NCBI RefSeq assembly: GCF_009557235.1 | Contig: NZ_CP045650.1 | Coordinates: 1,800,001 to 1,832,000 of the forward strand | DNA length: 32,000 nt | Direction: 5' to 3' | Source of the DNA: Acinetobacter wanghuae | Lineage (GTDB): Bacteria; Pseudomonadota; Gammaproteobacteria; Pseudomonadales; Moraxellaceae | Part shown: positions 17,694 through 25,903 of the stretch, piece by piece | Layout: the number at the start of each line of letters is the position of its first letter | Numbering within the stretch: the first letter of the stretch is position 1 | Notes under the pieces: model-generated | Told to the model about the DNA's origin: nothing | Database searches by the model: none | Seen by the model: the letters and a program-made list of their open reading frames with translations, nothing else | Made by a program: the position numbers and the translations under genes

Positions 17694-17881
17694 AAATCTC
17701 CCATTTTTTGAAATTGAATTGTTTGTCTGCTCAGCATGATCTCCCAATCGGTGCTGTACATTGCTATTACTGTTCTTTTTGCAAAATTAATTTAAATCTC
17801 CTGTCGGTCAGGGGCTCGAATCATGTTGATTGTTAAAACGTGATTTGGCTTTGACTGCTTGTAAAACCTACGTTGAAAACA

Positions 17882-19114
17882 ATGTCTTCCCCACAAATTT
17901 CTAAACTCACCTTTGCCACGTTGTTGTTTCCTTTGGCATTGGTTTTATTTGAGTTCGCTGTCTACTTAGGCAACGATTTAATTCAACCCGCAATGCTGGG
18001 TGTTACACGTGATTTTGGTGTCAGCAGCGCTTGGGCGCCATCGTCTATGTCGTTTTATCTTTTGGGCGGTGGTTGTATTGCTTGGCTGATGGGTCCGTTG
18101 TCGGATCGTATTGGACGCAAAAAAGTCTTGCTCGCTGGTGCACTATTCTTTGCGGTGATGTGCATTGCCATTTTATTCACACAGAATATTCAAAGTTTCT
18201 TAACCTTACGTTTCTTACAAGGCATGGGTTTAACTGTGATTAGTGCGGTGGGTTATGCTGCGGTACAAGAAAACTTTGAAGAACGCACTGCAATTAAAGT
18301 CATGGCGATTATGGGTAATATGACTTTATTTGCACCATTGCTTGGGCCTTTAGTCGGTTCACTGTTGATTGATCAAGTGTCTTGGCATTGGGGCTTTATT
18401 GGTATTGCCTTCTTAGCGGTATTGGGTTGGTTGGGTTTAAAAATTGCTATGCCGGCAGATCAAAAAGCCAATCTAGTGCAAAAGCCAATGAACAGTATTT
18501 TTGCTGACTTTAAGAAAGTTTTTAAAAATAAACAATTTGTTGTCATGACGCTTGCTCTACCCCTAGCATGTTTACCTATTATGCTGTGGATTGCACTTTC
18601 ACCTGTCATGTTGGTGGAAAACTTAGGCTTTAGTGGCATGCAATATGGTCTAGCACAAATCCCAGTTTTGGGCGCATTGATTTTGGGTAGCGTGATTTTG
18701 GTCAAAATCGTGGATAAATATCCACTGGGTCAAACGATTTTATTCGGTCTACCGACCATGCTTGTCGGTGCATTGATTATTCTGGCTGGTCTGTTTATGG
18801 CGGATTATTTCGTCTGGACATTGATTATTGGTATGACCATTATGAGCTTTGGTGAAGGCATTTGTTTCTCAGTACTGTATCGTTTAGCCATGATGTCATC
18901 AGATGTATCTAAAGGAACGGTTGCCTCTGCAATGTCGATGATCATGATGTTCACCAACTTCATTGTGCTTGAATTATCACGCATGTTGTTTGAATCGTAT
19001 GCATTGGTGGCATTCAGCTTATGTTGTTTAGCATTGATCTTACTGTGGTTCACTTTGCCACGCGCAATGCTGAAAAAAGTGATGCAAGAACGTCAAGCCA
19101 AACAACAGTTCTAA
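17882..19114 (+). CDS. craA: MFS drug:H+ antiporter, MdfA/CraA family (chloramphenicol/multidrug efflux type)
   Basis: LFPLALVLFEFAVYLGNDLIQPAML, WAPSSMSFYLLGG, GPLSDRIGRKKVLL and LRFLQGMGL match remembered CraA/MdfA sequence. The tracked ORF starts at TTG 17873; ATG 17882 is preferred. Confidence 0.8.
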   Translation: MSSPQISKLTFATLLFPLALVLFEFAVYLGNDLIQPAMLGVTRDFGVSSAWAPSSMSFYLLGGGCIAWLMGPLSDRIGRKKVLLAGALFFAVMCIAILFTQNIQSFLTLRFLQGMGLTVISAVGYAAVQENFEERTAIKVMAIMGNMTLFAPLLGPLVGSLLIDQVSWHWGFIGIAFLAVLGWLGLKIAMPADQKANLVQKPMNSIFADFKKVFKNKQFVVMTLALPLACLPIMLWIALSPVMLVENLGFSGMQYGLAQIPVLGALILGSVILVKIVDKYPLGQTILFGLPTMLVGALIILAGLFMADYFVWTLIIGMTIMSFGEGICFSVLYRLAMMSSDVSKGTVASAMSMIMMFTNFIVLELSRMLFESYALVAFSLCCLALILLWFTLPRAMLKKVMQERQAKQQF

Positions 19115-19137
19115 CTCTTTAGCTTAGGCGAAAAGAA

Positions 19138-19169
19138 AAGGCGCGATTCATCTCAATTGCGCCTTTTTT
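19138..19169. terminator. bidirectional rho-independent terminator
   Basis: AAGGCGCGATT-catctc-AATTGCGCCTT-T5, between convergent craA and the MTHFR-like gene. Confidence 0.8.
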
Positions 19170-19195
19170 GTCTCTGTGTTTTCAAAAATTAAGAC

Positions 19196-20614
19196 TTAAC
19201 CCACAGCATCGGTATACCAATTTTTCCACGAACTGGTGCCACGAACATCAATGGGTACAGTCGGAATCAATTTCTTTTTAAGAATGTCAGTTTGATGAAC
19301 TGCTTTCGCTAAGCGTGCTTTAACCGAGTGAATACATTCACGATCACCAAATTCACAGCGGTCTAAACTCGTACCACCACAGGGTCCATTGGCCAAACCT
19401 TTCGGACAGGTTTCTGGACAGATGTATAGCGTATCGCCCAAACGGCATTGACCACAACTTTCACAGCCAAGTACAGCATGTTTACTGATAAATTCTGTTT
19501 TGAGTAATGCTTGTGCAGCCGCTTTTCCTTGCCAAAATTTGGATTGAAAAATAAAACGCCCCACGCCTTTACCCACTCTGGAATCAAAAATGACATCATG
19601 CATCAGATGTAAATGCTGATATTTTAAAATGTCACGTTTACTCGCAAGGCGTGAATATGAGGTCAACTCAGGATAAAATTCTTGCCCTGTTTTGACCTGC
19701 CACAGTGTATTCCAACGCTGTTCAAGTTCGCTTAAATTAAGATGGCGATACTGTTCAATATAACCCTCTAAACGCATTTGTTCTTCAGGTTGATGACACG
19801 CTGATAAATGAATGCCTGCAAAGCCCAAATGCTGACAGATCAGAATCTGCAACGCACAACGCTCATAAACACGATCCGTCAATCCTGCCGCTTTTTCTTC
19901 TTGTAATAGGTTGAAAATATGCGGGGTAATGACAATGCCTGCCACTTGCTGCTTCAACATGAAATTCGCACGACCAAACGTCAGTGGCATCACACACGCC
20001 AGGATTTTTTGCGTATACGCATGTTCGTTTAAAAAGGCTTTCGCTTGTTTTAATGCACTTAAGTCATAGCCCAATTGAGTAATAATATAGTCAGTGCCTG
20101 CTTTAATTTTTTTATGCAGTTTTAAATATTGTGCATCACGTTCCGCTTCGGCATATTTAAAAGGATTAAATGCCACGCCAATACAAAAGCCCTCTTCCTG
20201 TTTCGCAGCCACCACAGCATTCACGGATTCTAAATAACGGGTACGAGGCAGTATACCCTCGCCATTTTGATGCGATTTGAGTTTATCGCCTGTAAGCAAG
20301 AGTAAATTCTGCTGTCCTAGCGTTTTCGCACGTTTTAAAAATTGTTCAAAGTCCGCAATATCTCGACCTTTTCCTGCAAAGTGTAAGACTTTTTCAATGT
20401 CTTTCGGATAAGCCTTTGCCGCCAAAATCGGTGCTAAATCATCATCTGCATGCACCCGATCCGCTAAGGTCATTAATGCCGGATAACCTGCAAATGTATG
20501 ACGTACGGGCAGAATCTCTTTTTGAGTGCACAGATATTCCACCAAAACACAAAATTGATTTTTCGCAAAATAAGTTACAAGTTGAGACATACTGGGAGTG
20601 ATCCAAAGGATCAA
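19196..20614 (-). CDS. MTHFR (MetF)-like TIM-barrel protein fused to a MetV/MTHFR_C-type Cys-rich domain
   Basis: The N-terminal two-thirds is MetF-like (FAGKGRD..., LLLLTGDK, DYIITQLGYD). The C-terminus reads CESCGQCRLGDTLYICPETCPKGLANGPCGGTSLDRCEFGDRECIH, the CP..CPKG..NGPCGG signature of the MTHFR C-terminal/MetV zinc-ribbon family. The start is ambiguous (TTG 20614 or ATG 20590) and neither has a clear SD. Confidence 0.75.
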   Translation of the reverse strand: MILWITPSMSQLVTYFAKNQFCVLVEYLCTQKEILPVRHTFAGYPALMTLADRVHADDDLAPILAAKAYPKDIEKVLHFAGKGRDIADFEQFLKRAKTLGQQNLLLLTGDKLKSHQNGEGILPRTRYLESVNAVVAAKQEEGFCIGVAFNPFKYAEAERDAQYLKLHKKIKAGTDYIITQLGYDLSALKQAKAFLNEHAYTQKILACVMPLTFGRANFMLKQQVAGIVITPHIFNLLQEEKAAGLTDRVYERCALQILICQHLGFAGIHLSACHQPEEQMRLEGYIEQYRHLNLSELEQRWNTLWQVKTGQEFYPELTSYSRLASKRDILKYQHLHLMHDVIFDSRVGKGVGRFIFQSKFWQGKAAAQALLKTEFISKHAVLGCESCGQCRLGDTLYICPETCPKGLANGPCGGTSLDRCEFGDRECIHSVKARLAKAVHQTDILKKKLIPTVPIDVRGTSSWKNWYTDAVG

Positions 20615-20708
20615 AAAGGAAAAACTAAATTATAATCAAAATGGACTTAAACTGCATCTGATGCTGCCCACATGGACAGCATCAACATCTTTTCGTTAAA
20701 CGAGAAAA

Positions 20709-20978
20709 TTAGCGCCATATTTGCTGGGCAATCTCATTCATCAGTTTTAGTTTTTTCCATTGGGTATCATATGAAATACGATTGCCCTCTTCCATTGATG
20801 CAAAACCACTTTGTAGACACAGACCCAATTGTGCGAGTGGCAGATAATTTGCTGCCTGTTCAATTTGTGCAATCACTTTGGCTTTATCTTCTAGAGTTTC
20901 AAGCTTGGTTGAAATCAGTCCTAAAAATACTTCTGCCTGTCGATTGGTTTCTGAAGCTGTACTAGAGGGATTTAAACC
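20709..20978 (-). pseudogene. 5'-truncated remnant of a MetE-family (YxjG-like, B12-independent) methyltransferase
   Basis: Not in the ORF track. The minus-strand frame reads ...ETNRQAEVFLGLISTKLETLEDKAKVIAQIEQAANYLPLAQLGLCLQSGFASMEEGNRISYDTQWKKLKLMNEIAQQIWR*. This is the conserved C-terminal roughly 85 residues of MetE-like proteins. The frame closes at a TAG at 20979-20981 and no N-terminal part exists upstream. Confidence 0.7.
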
Positions 20979-20998
20979 CTATCAGGTTGTATTAAATA

Positions 20999-21031
20999 TA
21001 TAGGCTAGAGGAGTAATTCCTCTAGCCTATA
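20999..21031 (-). terminator. perfect 14-bp stem hairpin downstream of the porin gene
   Basis: TATAGGCTAGAGGA-gtaat-TCCTCTAGCCTATA, followed on the minus strand by the AT-rich sequence TATTTAATAC, so the T-run is not canonical. Confidence 0.5.
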
Positions 21032-21066
21032 GTTATTTTGTTATTAATTTTTTAATATATGAAAAT

Positions 21067-22278
21067 CTAGAAATCGTACTTTGCCATGATCTCTATACGG
21101 TTATCATTTCCGGTCTTACCTTCAACTGTCTCACGTTTACCATAGACATATTCCATACCAAACGTAATTGGTTTGACTGGGTTATACATGACATTTAACC
21201 AACCTTGTTGTAGATGATCATTGCCATTAGCATTGTTACCATCATAAATCACAGAGCCGTAACCTAAAGTGCTCCTAATTTGGGGAGCAAATTTATAGGT
21301 TGCACCTAATGTGAATGCATCAAAATCAATTAGTTCAATATTATTACCATGCTGTATATAGCGTTTATTATCAGATGTAGCCAATAAAAACTTATTATCT
21401 CCTGATACATGCGAGTAATTAGCATTCAGAATCAGCTGATTAACAGGCTTATAGTTTACCCCTAAGCCAATCCCCCAGCCTAACTCTGTCTCATCGTCCA
21501 AATCACGTACCCGTACTTCTTGTAAAAGTCCTCGTGCGGTTACTAGTCCAGCACCTTCAGCAAATTTATGACTCAATTTTGCTGTAGCAGCAGGTAATCT
21601 GTTTTCATCATTACCTTTTTCTAATGCGACAAAATACTGTGTATTATTATTTAATTTATCCGTATATCGCACCATTGGCGTACGTGTCGTGCCTCCTCCA
21701 AGTGGAGTATTAAAATCCAACATTTCAGGAGAAGTTTCAGTCGATAGGAAAGTTGATGTCGTTTGCCCGATTAACCAATTGTTATAAGTCATATAGACAT
21801 GACGTAATCTGACAGTATCTTTATCGGAACCACCACGGAAATCGAGTTCAACTTTACCACCAATGTCTGCATTTTGAATTGGGGCCTTAAAATCCAAGCC
21901 TATACGGGTAGTTGTTAATGTCGAATCCAAACGATCTTCAGTAGATTTTTTATTGGGATCTCCTTCAAGTGCTACGCTATTGATGCTATTAAACATCCCT
22001 TTAGCACCTTCGAATTGGTAAGCGACATCCCCCCGAATAAAACCATATAAGCTGATTTCTGCACCAGATTTCGACTGCCATTTATTTACTGTTGGCAGTT
22101 TCTGATCCTGCTTCGTCTCTCTATGTGTCTCAGAGATTTGTTGAATCAGTAACATTTGTCTGAGTTCAGCAATTTCTGATTTTAATTTCTCGATTTCTGT
22201 AGTTACTGTTTGATCAGCATATGCTGTAGAAATAACCGTACTACCCAAAAGCATAAAAGCTACATTATAAAATTTCAT
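21067..22278 (-). CDS. DcaP-family outer-membrane porin
   Basis: Signal peptide (…TAYA/DQ). N-terminal coiled coil (EIEKLKSEIAELRQMLL). Beta-barrel body with LRHVYMTYNNWLIGQTTSTFLS and terminal KYDF. These match the DcaP architecture known from Acinetobacter. Confidence 0.8.
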   Translation of the reverse strand: MKFYNVAFMLLGSTVISTAYADQTVTTEIEKLKSEIAELRQMLLIQQISETHRETKQDQKLPTVNKWQSKSGAEISLYGFIRGDVAYQFEGAKGMFNSINSVALEGDPNKKSTEDRLDSTLTTTRIGLDFKAPIQNADIGGKVELDFRGGSDKDTVRLRHVYMTYNNWLIGQTTSTFLSTETSPEMLDFNTPLGGGTTRTPMVRYTDKLNNNTQYFVALEKGNDENRLPAATAKLSHKFAEGAGLVTARGLLQEVRVRDLDDETELGWGIGLGVNYKPVNQLILNANYSHVSGDNKFLLATSDNKRYIQHGNNIELIDFDAFTLGATYKFAPQIRSTLGYGSVIYDGNNANGNDHLQQGWLNVMYNPVKPITFGMEYVYGKRETVEGKTGNDNRIEIMAKYDF

Positions 22279-22338
22279 ATTAATCCTTTAAAAATTCGAT
22301 CTATCTTTATCCACGACATTCAAAAACAGTTTTTCGCT

Positions 22339-23274
22339 CTATCCTCCATACAGTTCTAAATACTTGTTTTTTACAATTTCACTTTTATATTTTTGTTTAA
22401 TAAAATTAATTGCATGCCTAGATTTTGAAAGTGCATACAGACATAGGCTTTCTGTCTGGTATTTCACTGCTGCAATAGCTTCGTAATCCAAAGAAATGGC
22501 TAATCTGCAAAGATGTTCTGGTTGTTCATCTAGATATTTAATAGAAGTTGGATTTTGCCGAATGGCATGAATCATTAATTTTTCATTTTTATTCTTTAGA
22601 AATTTGATGACTGATGAATTCTTTTGGATTGCATCTAACCAGATGCCTTCATGGCATTCTTTTACGTATCGAATAACATAAAGTTTTTTCTTAAGCGCAA
22701 GTCTTAAAATATAATCACTTGGATCATAAATATATTTGATTGCTTCTGGCTTCGATCTAACCGCTTCTTCACAAATTAAATCAGTAGGTTGAGGAATATA
22801 TTGCAATGTATTCCCATCAGCTCGAACAGCTAATAGACATATTTCCTGAGTTTTATCTTGCACATATTTAATTGCATAGGGATTATTAAAAACTGCTGTT
22901 CTACAAAGAAATTTGTTCTGATGCTTAATAAACTTAAGTGCAAAACCATTTTGCTTCACAGCAGTCCAAAACATCTGTTCTGTTGGGCTATTAATATAGC
23001 GAATTGCTAAACCTTCATTTTCTAAAGCTTTCAGGCAGATTTCATCAGTTTTATTTTTTACATATTTGAGCGTATCGCCACAACTGGAAACTGCCTGTAA
23101 GCACATCTCATCATTTTGGGCATGTACATATTTAAGTGCTCTGGGATTATTTTTAACTGCTTCTGTACATAGCTTGATATCCTGATGTGGGATATATTTC
23201 AAAAGCAAGCCATCATGTTGCAGCTGATAGAGCCAATCTGCATAAGAAATCCGTGCATATACTTCACTATTCAT
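22339..23274 (-). CDS. DUF4116-type tandem-repeat protein (13 x 22 aa)
   Basis: From residue 13 to 298 the protein is an uninterrupted array of 22-residue units, for example LCTEAVKNNPRALKYVHAQNDE, MCLQAVSSCGDTLKYVKNKTDE and MFWTAVKQNGFALKFIKHQNKF. The AVKQNG.AL.Y core is the DUF4116 motif as remembered. No signal peptide. Confidence 0.75.
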   Translation of the reverse strand: MNSEVYARISYADWLYQLQHDGLLLKYIPHQDIKLCTEAVKNNPRALKYVHAQNDEMCLQAVSSCGDTLKYVKNKTDEICLKALENEGLAIRYINSPTEQMFWTAVKQNGFALKFIKHQNKFLCRTAVFNNPYAIKYVQDKTQEICLLAVRADGNTLQYIPQPTDLICEEAVRSKPEAIKYIYDPSDYILRLALKKKLYVIRYVKECHEGIWLDAIQKNSSVIKFLKNKNEKLMIHAIRQNPTSIKYLDEQPEHLCRLAISLDYEAIAAVKYQTESLCLYALSKSRHAINFIKQKYKSEIVKNKYLELYGG

Positions 23275-23288
23275 CAGTGATCCATCTC

Positions 23289-24341
23289 CTAAGATTTATC
23301 TATAGATTTAAAAAACAGTTGAAGACTGCGTTGATAAAAAAAGCGTATGGTTAAAATCACAAAAATCAGGCGTGAAAGCTGAAAAGCCACTACAATCGGC
23401 ACAGCGAGTCCTAAGGCTTTCGCCATTAAGGACATTTCAGCAATTCCACCGGGAGATAGCCCTAGAATCAGAATTTGGGCATCAGCATGGCTTAAGCGAA
23501 TCAATAGCAAGGCAAAAATAATAGATAATGCCAATCCCAATAGGTTGAATAGAAAAGTTAGTCCTATAAATTTTTTACTGTTTTTTAGAAAGCTGAATGG
23601 AAATTTACTGCCTAATGACCATCCAATGCAAAGCTGCCCCAAAGCAATAAACCACTCTGGAAAACGCAATTGTAAAATACCAAAAAATGAAAGAAGACCA
23701 AGGATCGTTAATGGTCCTAAAATCCAAGCATTGAGGAGATTAAAATAATGAAAAACTTTACCAGCACATAAAGCCAGTAAAAAAAACACTAAAACCTGAA
23801 AAAATCCATAGTACTCAGTGTCCTGTACGACTAGATTAGACCATTCGGCTTGAAAATAAAGTCCCATAAAAATTGGGACAAGCACAACCAAAATCACAAT
23901 GCGCAAACTATGTGCAGCTACTACTTTATCGACCTGTGCATGGTACTGCTCAGCAATATTGACCATTTCACTGGCACTGCCAATTGCAGATGAAAACCAT
24001 GCAGTTGCCCAATCTAAGCCATTAATCCGATATTGCAGAACAGCCAACATAGTACCGAGCACCAGTGACCAAAGAATACCAAGCAGGATAAAAGTCCAGT
24101 AGGATACAATTGCCTGTACTAAGGCTGGAGTAAAATAAAGACCAAGTGCCATGCCAATAATGATCTGTCCGCCTTTGCGCCAATGAGGATGACAAGATAA
24201 TGGCTGTCCGATACTGCCCATGAGTAATGCAGCCAACAAAGGCCCAAGCAGCCATGGCAAGGGAATATGGGTATATTTCGCAAGAACTGCACCGATCAGG
24301 GCAATGGCCAATCCTTTGGCATTCGATATTATTTTTTTCAT
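23289..24341 (-). CDS. AbrB-family (PF05145-like, so-called putative ammonia monooxygenase) duplicated membrane protein
   Basis: About 350 aa and about 10 TM helices. The opening IPLPWLLGPLLAALL and an internal repeat of the same style (NAWILGPLTILGLL) are typical of the family. The tracked start at 24353 is TTG; ATG 24341 (MKKIISN...) is preferred. Confidence 0.7.
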   Translation of the reverse strand: MKKIISNAKGLAIALIGAVLAKYTHIPLPWLLGPLLAALLMGSIGQPLSCHPHWRKGGQIIIGMALGLYFTPALVQAIVSYWTFILLGILWSLVLGTMLAVLQYRINGLDWATAWFSSAIGSASEMVNIAEQYHAQVDKVVAAHSLRIVILVVLVPIFMGLYFQAEWSNLVVQDTEYYGFFQVLVFFLLALCAGKVFHYFNLLNAWILGPLTILGLLSFFGILQLRFPEWFIALGQLCIGWSLGSKFPFSFLKNSKKFIGLTFLFNLLGLALSIIFALLLIRLSHADAQILILGLSPGGIAEMSLMAKALGLAVPIVVAFQLSRLIFVILTIRFFYQRSLQLFFKSIDKS

Positions 24342-24348
24342 AATCCTA

Positions 24349-24384
24349 AACAATAATGGTCAGCAACTGCTGACCATTATTGTT
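24349..24384 (-). other. intercistronic hairpin with 17-bp perfect arms
   Basis: AACAATAATGGTCAGCA-ac-TGCTGACCATTATTGTT, between the tctA stop (24391) and the abrB-like start. There is no trailing T-run on the coding strand. Confidence 0.7.
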
Positions 24385-24390
24385 ATCCAA

Positions 24391-25890
24391 TTAAGCTTGA
24401 TTTTTTTTGATGAACAGATATTTACGTACGATTGGTAGAATCAGTAACAATGCTGACATCACCCAAAGTCCTATGCTGATATTACTGCTCCACAAGATAC
24501 TTAGCTCACCTTGAGAGATAGAAAGTGCACGACGTAAGTTCGATTCCATCAGTTCACCTAAGACAAATCCTAAAATCAGCGGTGCCAATGGGAAATCAAA
24601 TTTTCTGAGTACATAACCTACAATTCCTAACCCCATGCACAGTAACAAATCAAAGATGGTGCTGTGAATTGCATATACACCGACGAAACTAACTGTCGCG
24701 ATAATTGGAATCAGAATATAACTTGGAATACTCAACATACGAGCAAAGAAACCAACCAATGGAAGGTTGAGTACGAGTAAGATAATGTTACCGACCATCA
24801 AAGATGCAATTAGTGCCCAAACCAATGTTGGCTGCTCAGTAAATAGTTGTGGGCCTGGGGTGATGTTATACATCATTAATGCACCCATCATGACCGCAGT
24901 TGTACCTGAACCAGGCACACCCAACGTTAACATCGGTACAAACGAACCACATGCTGCTGCATTGTTGGCACTTTCTGGTGCTGCAAGACCACGTAAGTCA
25001 CCTTTACCAAATTGACTATTGTCGCGTGCCATCTTACGTTCAGTCGTATAAGCCATCGCACTAGCAACACTAGCACCCGCTCCAGGAAGAATCCCTGAGA
25101 AGAAACCAATCAATGAACCACGAATAATAGTCGCCAACGCGCTGAAGAATTCTTTAATATTAAATAGCGAACGTTTACTTTGTTTAAGCACAACTTTACC
25201 AATGGTGGTACGTTCTAACAGTAAAAGAATTTCACTGATACTAAACAGACCAATCACTACAGTAGTAAAGGCAATACCATCACTCAAACCGACACTGTTA
25301 AAAGTAAAGCGATATACACCAGTAATAGCATCCATCCCTACCGTAGATAAGCCTAGACCCATCAGCGCCATGATCAAGGTTTTAAATGGCTGCGTACTGA
25401 CTAATCCGGTTAAGCAAACAATAGCAAAGACCATCAATGCAAAGTATTCAGCTGGGCCAAAAGCAATTGCCCATTTCGCCAATAATGGCGCAAATAGCAC
25501 GATTCCAATAAAAGCTATCGTACTACCAATAAAAGAACTCACTGATGACAGTGATAGTGCAATGCCTGCTTTACCTTGCTGTGCGAGTGGATAGCCATCT
25601 AGCGTGGTCATAATCGCACCAGCATCGCCTGGTACATTCAGTAGAATTGCTGAAATACGGCCACCGTATTCACAACCCAAATAAACTGCTGCCAAGAGAA
25701 TTAAGGCACTATCTACAGGTAAGCCGAGTGCATAGGCAAATGGTAACAGGATCGCTACACCATTGATCGGGCCTAGACCTGGCAATAAACCTACAATCGT
25801 TCCGATAAATGCACCGATAAAGGCAATGAGGAGATTCTGAGGCTGTAAGGCAACTTCAAATCCCACCATTAAAAAATTTAATACTTCCAT
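24391..25890 (-). CDS. tctA: tripartite tricarboxylate transporter, large permease TctA
   Basis: 499 aa polytopic protein with the duplicated motif GLLPGLGP / GILPGAGASVAS typical of TctA. Directly follows tctB and tctC. Confidence 0.9.
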   Translation of the reverse strand: MEVLNFLMVGFEVALQPQNLLIAFIGAFIGTIVGLLPGLGPINGVAILLPFAYALGLPVDSALILLAAVYLGCEYGGRISAILLNVPGDAGAIMTTLDGYPLAQQGKAGIALSLSSVSSFIGSTIAFIGIVLFAPLLAKWAIAFGPAEYFALMVFAIVCLTGLVSTQPFKTLIMALMGLGLSTVGMDAITGVYRFTFNSVGLSDGIAFTTVVIGLFSISEILLLLERTTIGKVVLKQSKRSLFNIKEFFSALATIIRGSLIGFFSGILPGAGASVASAMAYTTERKMARDNSQFGKGDLRGLAAPESANNAAACGSFVPMLTLGVPGSGTTAVMMGALMMYNITPGPQLFTEQPTLVWALIASLMVGNIILLVLNLPLVGFFARMLSIPSYILIPIIATVSFVGVYAIHSTIFDLLLCMGLGIVGYVLRKFDFPLAPLILGFVLGELMESNLRRALSISQGELSILWSSNISIGLWVMSALLLILPIVRKYLFIKKNQA

Positions 25891-25903
25891 ATCGTTGTCA
25901 TCC

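Noticed and set aside
17672-17836. 54-codon plus-strand ORF (MSWVSLFEISHFLKLNCLSAQHD...) in the craA upstream region.
   Set aside because: It has no Shine-Dalgarno sequence, its ATG lies in the loop of the 17661-17684 hairpin, and its composition looks non-coding.
20672-20965. 97-aa plus-strand ORF.
   Set aside because: The opposite strand encodes a recognisable MetE-family C-terminus, so this is its antisense shadow.
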